Origin: an uncultured Clostridia bacterium
GTDB taxonomy: Bacteria > Bacillota > Clostridia > Christensenellales > UBA1242
Assembly: GCA_944349615.1 (NCBI GenBank)
Contig: CALVNK010000001.1
Coordinates: 1 to 52,642 of the forward strand
Reading direction: 5' to 3'
DNA length: 52,642 bases
In this document: positions 45,731 through 52,642 of the stretch, in pieces
Position numbering within the stretch: the first letter of the stretch is position 1
Layout of the letters: the number at the start of each line of letters is the position of its first letter
Notes under the pieces: model-generated
Seen by the model: only the letters and a program-made list of their open reading frames with translations
Database searches by the model: none
What the model was told of the DNA's origin: nothing
Program-made: the position numbers and the translations under genes

Positions 45731-48222
45731 TATAGTCCTCCCATATTTTTGTAATAATCTTCCAGAAACTTTCTCTCTTTTGAAATTATTTTATCTTTTA
45801 TTTCATCAGTAAGTTTGCTCCATAAGTTTGGATTAAATGATAATATGTTTAAGTCTTTACTAAAATAGACAAATCTTTTTCTTTCAAACTTTTCAAATGG
45901 ATTATCCAAAATTGATTTCTTCATTTTTGTTCTATCATTCAAATATTCCATATCATACACACAACCGGACCTGTCAACTTGTAAATTTCTTTCTATCCTG
46001 TCTTTATAAAATGCAGAATATTCGTCAATAAGATTATCCATATTAACTTCACCTTCTTTATCGGCGAGTCTAAACATATTTAATAGGAAAATCAATTTGA
46101 AAGAATATGTTAAAGTGTTTTCATCAACAAAGTCAATAAAGTCTTGCAATATTGTTTCTTCATTGTGGTCTTTTAGTTTCTTGATTTGTTTTATGTTTTG
46201 TATGTCAGCACTTGAAAAATATGGCATCATTTTGCTACCAATAGGTAAATATAAACTTGAAAAATTTGGGCTTTGTTTTACCCATTTACTTAAAGTGTTA
46301 GTTCCAATAAACAATTCTCGTGCTGTTTGTTCAAGTGATTTATAATCTTTATATTTTTCTTCAAATGTAAACACATCAATTGCTTGCATTGATATTTCAT
46401 TTTCCGAAAGTCCTAAAATGTTAAGATAGTCAAAATTATTGTTGATAACACCAGCAAAATCAGAATAGTTTGCTATTTTAAAAAGTGAATTAAAATTCCA
46501 AGGTGTTAGTTTCCCAGCATAGTTGTCAACAACATCAATAACATACAAACATTCTTTTCCTGGATAATTTCTTACACCTCTTCCAATTTGTTGAAGATAT
46601 AAAACCTTGGACAAAGTAGGGCGAGCCATCACGACAACTTCAGTTTGTGGACAATCCCAGCCTTCACTTATTATTTGGCAACTAAGCAAAAACTGAATTT
46701 CTTTATTTTTATACTTCTCAAAAATCTCATCATTACTTTTATTTGAACCATATACGGCCTTTGCTGTGATACCTTGCTCGTTTAACATTTTTTCTAGCTT
46801 TTTACAATGGTTTATGTTTACACAAAAAACAATGCCTTGTTTATAAAAATCTTTTTTAGGAGAAAAGTATTTTTTAATAGTTTTAACAATAAGTTCATTG
46901 CGAGAGTCAACAATAAGGTTTTTTTCCAAATCTGCATAGTTGTAATCTTTTCCATTATATCGAACTTCACTTAAATCGATATTGCTGATAAGGCGATAGC
47001 ATCTTATATTAGAAATTACACCTTTCTCAATTGCTTCCCTAAGGGTTAGTTTACTTTCATATTCTCCGAAAATCTCATCAAGTTTCTTTCTATCAAGTCT
47101 TTCAGGGGTGGCAGTAAGACCAATTAAATATTTAGGAGTGAAATATTGGAGTGTTTTCTTGCAGTTTGCTGCTTGTGCATGATGAGCCTCATCAAAAACA
47201 ATATAATCATAATAACTTTTATCAAGTGAATTCTTTTCTTGAAAAACGGTGTTATAAAATTTAATTTCAATACTCAAAGACTTGTCTAAATTTTCAACTC
47301 TTTTCTTCCAATCGTTTTTTAAAGTTGTGGTCGGAACCATTATAAGAACGTTATGTATTTCATTTTTCTTCGCAAGGTCTTTAATGTCTTCAATAACAAT
47401 TTGTGACTTCCCTGTTCCTGTTGGAATGACAATAAGGGCAGTGTTTATGCCTTCTTGTCGTGATTTATGTAAATCATCAAGTATTTGCTCTTGGTGTTCA
47501 TATAACTTAAACTTTCTTTCTTGCTTAACTACAATGGAATTTATAAAGGTTTCCTTATCTCCAAGATAAGTTTTTATATTGTCAATCGCTTGTTCTTTAA
47601 AAGTTAAATTTTGTATTGAAAAACGAAAAACTTTAAAATCATATAAATTTAGTGTGTTTTGTTTTTCAAGTTGCCTATCATAAGCTTTGTTTCCAATAAT
47701 GCATGGGTGATGATAATGCACACCATTTTCTTCAATCGCGTAATTGCCGTTTTTAGTTTCAATAACATAGTCAACAAAAGCATTCCTTCCGTTTGCTAAC
47801 GAAACAGAATATTCTTTCTTTAAATATTCGGTAGCATTGTCACCATAAGTGTCAACAAACAAGTCTTCAAAAGTTTTTTCTAGTGGAGTGTTATCGGTAT
47901 GGGCGACATCAAAAGAACCACCATCATCTTTAACTTCAATATCTTCGACAGTCTTACATAACCATTCTTTGATTTTATCATAGCAACTGTTATCAACATA
48001 GTTAAATCGATAGAGTTTTTGAAATTCTGCCATATATTTGTTTTGCATTTCACAATATTTTGAATAGTCAAAAATTGTTTCTTGATTGTTCTCGCATATG
48101 TTATCATCAACTATAACGCATATATCATCTTTTTTCAATACGAAAGAATGATGGGTATCATCATAAAAATACTCATCAACAAATTTTAAACCAAGATTTT
48201 CTAACTTCTCTTTATTTATCAT
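45730..48222 (-). CDS. 830-aa fusion: N-terminal PD-(D/E)xK (Vsr/DUF559-like) nuclease motif + SF2 DEAD/DEAH (type III restriction Res-like) helicase + unrecognised about 230-aa C-terminal domain
   Basis: VDYVIETKNGNYAIEENGVHYHH (D...E-x-x-G pattern). Helicase motifs I VIPTGTGKS, II FDEAHH, III GLTATPER, VI QQIGRGVR. Confidence 0.7.
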   Translation of the reverse strand: MINKEKLENLGLKFVDEYFYDDTHHSFVLKKDDICVIVDDNICENNQETIFDYSKYCEMQNKYMAEFQKLYRFNYVDNSCYDKIKEWLCKTVEDIEVKDDGGSFDVAHTDNTPLEKTFEDLFVDTYGDNATEYLKKEYSVSLANGRNAFVDYVIETKNGNYAIEENGVHYHHPCIIGNKAYDRQLEKQNTLNLYDFKVFRFSIQNLTFKEQAIDNIKTYLGDKETFINSIVVKQERKFKLYEHQEQILDDLHKSRQEGINTALIVIPTGTGKSQIVIEDIKDLAKKNEIHNVLIMVPTTTLKNDWKKRVENLDKSLSIEIKFYNTVFQEKNSLDKSYYDYIVFDEAHHAQAANCKKTLQYFTPKYLIGLTATPERLDRKKLDEIFGEYESKLTLREAIEKGVISNIRCYRLISNIDLSEVRYNGKDYNYADLEKNLIVDSRNELIVKTIKKYFSPKKDFYKQGIVFCVNINHCKKLEKMLNEQGITAKAVYGSNKSNDEIFEKYKNKEIQFLLSCQIISEGWDCPQTEVVVMARPTLSKVLYLQQIGRGVRNYPGKECLYVIDVVDNYAGKLTPWNFNSLFKIANYSDFAGVINNNFDYLNILGLSENEISMQAIDVFTFEEKYKDYKSLEQTARELFIGTNTLSKWVKQSPNFSSLYLPIGSKMMPYFSSADIQNIKQIKKLKDHNEETILQDFIDFVDENTLTYSFKLIFLLNMFRLADKEGEVNMDNLIDEYSAFYKDRIERNLQVDRSGCVYDMEYLNDRTKMKKSILDNPFEKFERKRFVYFSKDLNILSFNPNLWSKLTDEIKDKIISKERKFLEDYYKNMGGL

Positions 48223-48538
48223 CTTTTTCGCTTACACTTTCAAGAAAAATCTTCTTTTTGAAAGCACCTCTTTTGTTAACTTTTGCTTTTCTTATTTTCT
48301 CAAATTCATCGTAAGAAACTTTTTTAACATCAAGAATTGCTCTTAACACTTCTTCTAAATCTGCAAGTTCTTCAACATCACTACTTTCTAAATATTCTTT
48401 TAACTCTTCTTGCATTTTAGCGTTAAGAGCTTTCAAATACTCATCATCTTCCATAATCCTTATCACGCAAGTTTTCCCATTATCTCCAGCAATTATCTCT
48501 GGAATTTTATCTCTAACTAACTTATTATAAATTTTCAT
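48212..48538 (-). CDS. MazG-like all-alpha NTP pyrophosphohydrolase (PRA-PH/COG4997-type)
   Basis: MKIYNKLVRDKIPEII start, EELKEY...EELADLEEVL acidic metal-binding helices, KRGAFKKKIFLE end. SD GGAGAAAG before the ATG at 48538. The stop overlaps the helicase start by 11 nt. Confidence 0.7.
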   Translation of the reverse strand: MKIYNKLVRDKIPEIIAGDNGKTCVIRIMEDDEYLKALNAKMQEELKEYLESSDVEELADLEEVLRAILDVKKVSYDEFEKIRKAKVNKRGAFKKKIFLESVSEKDDK

Positions 48539-48722
48539 AATCTTTCTCCGTAACAACATTATAACATATATTTGAATAAAAATGAATAAAAATTTATTAT
48601 ATTACAAATAATTACTTTATTAAGTATTAAACGAATTTTTCACAATTTATTATTAAAATAATGTCATAAACCCTTGTATTTTTTATTATAATGTGATAAA
48701 ATCGTTATAAAAGGAGTAAATT

Positions 48723-50069
48723 ATGTTAATTAGATATTCAGTAGAAAATTATCTTTCATTTGACAAACGTCAAATATTATCTATGGCCGCATCACAAGGA
48801 ACAAGGCATAAAGACCATATTATCGAAAAGTCAAATCACAAGCTGTTAAAGAGCGCTGTAATCTTTGGGGCAAATGCTAGTGGTAAATCAAATTTAATTT
48901 ACTCTATTGCTTTTTCTACAAGTATTGTTTTAAACGGCTTAGAAAAAGTTGATTTAAATAACAAATATTTTAAAATAAAAAAACAACATTATAAGAAACC
49001 AGGTGTTTTCCAATACGACTTTCTCATAGAAGATAAAATTTATAGTTATGGCTTCGCGATATCGTATGAAAGAAAACAAATTATTTCTGAGTGGCTTTAT
49101 ACAGGAGAAGAAAACGATATTTGTGTTTTTGAAAGAGTATGGGAAGATGAAACATATTCTATTCGTACGGACATGAAATTAAAAGGATCAGATGCAACTA
49201 GATTTAAGATCTATTGTGAAGACTACAAAAATAGTAAAAATTTAGCGATTTTAAAAAAGTTGTTCCTATCAGATATTGCATTAAGAGCATCAAAAGATTC
49301 TGAGTATTTTAGAAATTATATCGAAGTACTTACTGAATTAGCAAATGTGATAATTTTATTTCCAGAATCAAAATATCAACAACTAGGCAATGTAGCAAAA
49401 AATCAAGACTTGAAGGAACTATTTGAGAAATTTTTATTATGTTTTGATACAGGAATCGAAAAAGTTGAAAATATGAAAATAGAATTTGATAAAATGTTTA
49501 ATGATGCTCCAAAAGAACAGATTGATAGAATTAAACAAGATATATCAAATAAAATTCATAAAAAAGGAACACTTAATTTAAGAGTTAATGATGATGTTAT
49601 TTCATTAAATTTAGATAATCAAGGCAATATACTTGCCTCAAAAATGTTATTAAATCATGGTAATGATGAAAATTTATTTGAGTGTTCAGAAGAATCTGAT
49701 GGAACTCAAAGATTATTTGATTTAATCCCATTGTTTTTCAGAGAAAATAATAATAGGCTTGTTATTATAGATGAAATTGATAGAAGTTTGCATAATAAAT
49801 TAAGTAGAAAATTTTTAGAACTATATTATGAATTGTCGAAAAATAACAAGTCACAAATCATTGTGACAACACACGAGACATCATTATTAGATCTCGATTT
49901 ACTAAGACAAGATGAAATATGGTTTATAGAAAGAGAAAAAGACCATAGTAGTTTGCTATACTCACTAAATAAATTTAAAGAAAGATATGATAAATCAGTA
50001 GAAAAAGAATATTTACTTGGTAAATATGGGGCAGTTCCAGTTTTTAACCAATTTGCAGAAGAGGACTAG
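48723..50069 (+). CDS. AAA_21/ABC-type ATPase (RloA / AbiLi-like)
   Basis: Walker A GANASGKSN, ESDGTQRL signature-like segment, Walker B LVIIDEIDRSLH, TTHE. Confidence 0.75.
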   Translation: MLIRYSVENYLSFDKRQILSMAASQGTRHKDHIIEKSNHKLLKSAVIFGANASGKSNLIYSIAFSTSIVLNGLEKVDLNNKYFKIKKQHYKKPGVFQYDFLIEDKIYSYGFAISYERKQIISEWLYTGEENDICVFERVWEDETYSIRTDMKLKGSDATRFKIYCEDYKNSKNLAILKKLFLSDIALRASKDSEYFRNYIEVLTELANVIILFPESKYQQLGNVAKNQDLKELFEKFLLCFDTGIEKVENMKIEFDKMFNDAPKEQIDRIKQDISNKIHKKGTLNLRVNDDVISLNLDNQGNILASKMLLNHGNDENLFECSEESDGTQRLFDLIPLFFRENNNRLVIIDEIDRSLHNKLSRKFLELYYELSKNNKSQIIVTTHETSLLDLDLLRQDEIWFIEREKDHSSLLYSLNKFKERYDKSVEKEYLLGKYGAVPVFNQFAEED

Positions 50070-50072
50070 CAT

Positions 50073-50918
50073 ATGACAAATATATATAGATTAAAATCTA
50101 ATTCTTTTGCAAGAGAAGAAGAGTCAGAAAAAATTAACCCGTATAAAACAATTTTTCTTTCGATGGAAGGAACCAATACAGAAAAAGAGTACTTTAACGG
50201 ATTTAATAAGTATAAAAATGAATTTGGATATAGTCCTAATATAGTAATAGAGCCTTTATCTCGAAGAAAAAAAGATGGAAGTTCAGCGCCAAAATTAGTA
50301 ATAGAACTACTTGAAGAATATCTTAATTTAAGAAATGAAGGAGTTTACTCAGAAATAAAAAAAATCTTAAACGAAGATTATAATGATAAAATTATTTCCG
50401 ATTATATATACAATACAAAAAATTTAGATATAAACATTGTAAAAGAAATAGATTTAAAACTAGAAAAAATTGGTTATGATTTACAATATAGAAAATCATT
50501 GGCCTCTATACAAAATTCAGATGATATTTTTGGAATAGTTATTGATAAGGATAATTGGCACAATTTAGATGAAATAATTTCATATTGTAAATTAAAAAAT
50601 TATAAAATTTATATTTCAAATCCATGTTTTGAATTATGGTTATTGTTCCATTGGTTAGATGTTTCGACCTGTTCAACAGAAGAACAGGAACAAATTTTAT
50701 TAAATAAGGTTGTGTCTGATAAACATACTTACATTAGTAAAAAACTTAGCGAACTTGCACATCATGGAAAAAGTGGTATAGGATTTAAAACAAAGTATTT
50801 ACCCAAAATTGATATTGCTATCAGCAATTCGGAAAAATTTTCAACTAATGTTGATGATTTAAAAACTCATCTTGGTACAAATATGTCTGACCTAATTATC
50901 TTATTAAAAAATGGTTAA
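50073..50918 (+). CDS. RloB-like protein (AbiLii-like partner of the AAA ATPase)
   Basis: IFLSMEGTNTEKEYF N-terminal motif and ISNPCFELWLLFHW C-terminal motif, both typical of RloB. The ATG is 3 nt after the ATPase stop. Confidence 0.8.
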   Translation: MTNIYRLKSNSFAREEESEKINPYKTIFLSMEGTNTEKEYFNGFNKYKNEFGYSPNIVIEPLSRRKKDGSSAPKLVIELLEEYLNLRNEGVYSEIKKILNEDYNDKIISDYIYNTKNLDINIVKEIDLKLEKIGYDLQYRKSLASIQNSDDIFGIVIDKDNWHNLDEIISYCKLKNYKIYISNPCFELWLLFHWLDVSTCSTEEQEQILLNKVVSDKHTYISKKLSELAHHGKSGIGFKTKYLPKIDIAISNSEKFSTNVDDLKTHLGTNMSDLIILLKNG

Positions 50919-52489
50919 ATTAAATTGATTTTTTTTATATAAAAGTTCAATCTGAATAGTGTTGGCTCCGCCAATTGTGAGCAATCCGAACCCTTTGTGT
51001 TTGATTGCTCCTTTTTATTTTCTATATATTCAATTTCTTGTAATATATCTGGCTTTTCACTTAACTTTAATTGCTTGCTTTTATCACTTGTTATATTAAA
51101 GTAAATTTCACAATGGTCATCATATAAAACAACTCTATTTACAAACATATCAATCAGTCTTTGTTTTGCATTTTCAAGAGAATAATCTAAATTTTTAAAA
51201 GATTTCAAATATTCATATACAAGTTCTTCACTTAATGGTTTGATTGTTAGCATTTGTCTGCTAGCAATTTTTTCTTTTATTTCTTGTATTCTAACTTCAA
51301 GTTCTTTCATTCTATCGTTTGTTGTGTCGTTAAATATTCCATTTTCAAGAGCAGTTAAAATATTCTTTAACTTTTTGTTATTGTCTTGAAGTTCTTTATT
51401 TAAACTTTCTAAAATTGTATCTTTTTCAATGCTTTTGTTGTATGTATCAGCCAATACTTTACTTATACTTTTTAAGTTTGTATGTTGCATAAATTCTTGC
51501 GTTGCAAATAAAACTATTTCTTCTATATAATTTTTAGAAACAGATTTTTTATCGCATTTAGATTTATTTTTCTTTTTTGTAAAGCATTTGTAATAATTGT
51601 AAATTGTGCCAAGTTTACCTTTACCACTATCTCCGGTCATTAAACTACCACATTTGCCACAAATTAACTTGCCACTTAAAAGATAATTAACTTCTGTTTT
51701 ATGATGAGCAGAAGTCCTTTTTGAGATTTTTAATTTTTCATTTACTTCATCAAAAAGTTGTTCACTTATTATTGCAGGAAAAATATTTGTGTAAACAGTA
51801 TTGTCTGCATATACACAACCTTTGTAGTTTTCATTTCTTAATATTCTTGAAACAGAGTTTATTGTCCATTCTTTGCCATATGCGTTCTTTATTCCTTTGT
51901 TATGTAAAATCTTTACAATGTCTTTAATACATTTACCACTTATGTATTCATCAAACATTAACTTAACAATGTTTGCTTGTTCTTCGTTAACACTTACTTT
52001 CTTATCTATAACATTATATCCATAAGGAGTTCTGCCACCTGTAAAGAGTCCTTTTATTCTGCTCTCTTTTAGTCCACGTTTAACCTTTTGAGATAGTTCA
52101 ACAGAATAATACTCTGCAAGTCCAACGAGCACACTATCAAGCAAAATGCCTTCTGGTGCGTCTGAAATGCTTTCTGTTGCCGAAATCAGTTTAACACCAT
52201 TTTTAAGTAGTATTGCACGATTAACAGAGCTGTCATATCTTGACCTTGAAAACCTGTCCAACTTATATACTAAAACAAAATCAAATCCCTTGTTTTTGCT
52301 GTCATAAAGCATTTGTTGAAGTGCTGGTCGCTTATCATTTGTTCCTGTCATAGCCCTGTCAATATATTCATTAACAACAATCAAACCATTTCTTTCAGCA
52401 TATTCCTTGCACACTCTAAGTTGTCCATCAATACTTTGTTCGTTTTGACTATCACTTGAATATCTTGCATATATAACAGCTTTGTTCAT
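50915..52489 (-). CDS. large serine recombinase, paralog of 41299-42879
   Basis: AVIYARYSSDSQ, DRFSRS, CGKCGS...YYKC zinc ribbon, coiled coil. By eye about 60% identical to the first recombinase over the catalytic domain. Confidence 0.9.
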   Translation of the reverse strand: MNKAVIYARYSSDSQNEQSIDGQLRVCKEYAERNGLIVVNEYIDRAMTGTNDKRPALQQMLYDSKNKGFDFVLVYKLDRFSRSRYDSSVNRAILLKNGVKLISATESISDAPEGILLDSVLVGLAEYYSVELSQKVKRGLKESRIKGLFTGGRTPYGYNVIDKKVSVNEEQANIVKLMFDEYISGKCIKDIVKILHNKGIKNAYGKEWTINSVSRILRNENYKGCVYADNTVYTNIFPAIISEQLFDEVNEKLKISKRTSAHHKTEVNYLLSGKLICGKCGSLMTGDSGKGKLGTIYNYYKCFTKKKNKSKCDKKSVSKNYIEEIVLFATQEFMQHTNLKSISKVLADTYNKSIEKDTILESLNKELQDNNKKLKNILTALENGIFNDTTNDRMKELEVRIQEIKEKIASRQMLTIKPLSEELVYEYLKSFKNLDYSLENAKQRLIDMFVNRVVLYDDHCEIYFNITSDKSKQLKLSEKPDILQEIEYIENKKEQSNTKGSDCSQLAEPTLFRLNFYIKKINLI

Positions 52490-52642
52490 AAAATTTTCTC
52501 CTTTTCAAATATAATAACATGTTATAAAATTTTTTCCTGCTACTTTTTTACAATTTGATAAAAAATTTAAAGTTTATGATATAATATCTACGGAAAGTAG
52601 AGGAAAATTTTGTATGTGTTTAAACTCTACAAATCGTAGGTA

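Larger units (their letters stand above)
41299..52642. mobile_element. integrated island downstream of tRNA-Ser: probably two tandem large-serine-recombinase elements (about 41.3-50.9 kb, and 50.9 kb to beyond the window)
   Basis: It starts at the tRNA 3' end. Two paralogous LSR genes lie in the same orientation, each followed by a divergent plus-strand gene. The cargo is defence-type and hypothetical genes. No housekeeping genes follow 41320. Confidence 0.6.

Noticed and set aside
50940-50975. Remnant tRNA 3' end (GTTCAA...CTCCGCCA) at the junction before the second recombinase.
   Set aside because: No T-stem complementarity, and the putative acceptor strand cannot pair with GGGGAGA of tRNA-Ser. 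Only the short CCGCCA..ATTGT core similarity is retained as an observation.
1-52642. Mycoplasma-type genetic code (TGA = Trp), considered because of the low GC.
   Set aside because: TGA terminates well-supported ORFs at their expected ends, for example uppP at 7902-7904 and the first recombinase at 41299-41301.
52514-52642. Palindrome ATAACATGTTAT (52514-52525), a TTGATA-19-TGaTATAAT promoter, and a partial plus-strand ORF starting at ATG 52614.
   Set aside because: Only 29 nt of the ORF lie in the window and the promoter spacer is long. Plausible by analogy with the first element's switch, but not supportable here.

Overview
AT-rich (about 30% GC by eye) chromosomal segment that looks like a low-GC Bacillota-type genome. 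The standard genetic code applies, because TGA terminates ORFs such as uppP and the first serine recombinase. There are four parts. (1) 1-24.4 kb is mostly housekeeping: a decayed IS3 transposase at the left edge, then radC, dapF, ispH, a SpoVK-type AAA+ protein, uppP, a P-type Ca-ATPase, holB, yaaT/PSP1, a tRNA-type methyltransferase, addB-addA, a membrane/coiled-coil protein with four AT-hooks, and a SIMPL protein. (2) 24.6-30.8 kb is an accessory patch of unrecognised genes. It holds a 508-aa protein with a TIR-like central motif pattern, translationally coupled to a helical protein that is tandemly duplicated. It also holds a di-iron ferritin-like protein and a protein with two amidohydrolase-like domains. 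(3) 30.9-41.2 kb is envelope and lipid housekeeping: ABC exporter, GNAT, M24 peptidase, MGDG-synthase-type glycosyltransferase, DegV, YitT and a DagK-type lipid kinase. (4) From tRNA-Ser(GCU) at 41230-41320 to the window end lies an integrated island with two paralogous large serine recombinases in the same orientation. The first element has a clear XRE/recombinase genetic switch, an AbiL-like (RloA/RloB-type) pair, and the most interesting locus in the window. That locus is a tightly overlapping operon of a MazG-like NTP pyrophosphatase, a PD-(D/E)xK-motif + SF2 helicase (830 aa) and a small-molecule-type SAM methyltransferase. It is followed by an array of five stem-loops with an invariant CACCATTTG centre and compensatory arm changes, two SD-ATG-TAA start-stop mini-ORFs, and an RHH-like gene. 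I do not recognise this combination as a named defence system. All functional calls come from motif recognition by eye; no database search was possible.
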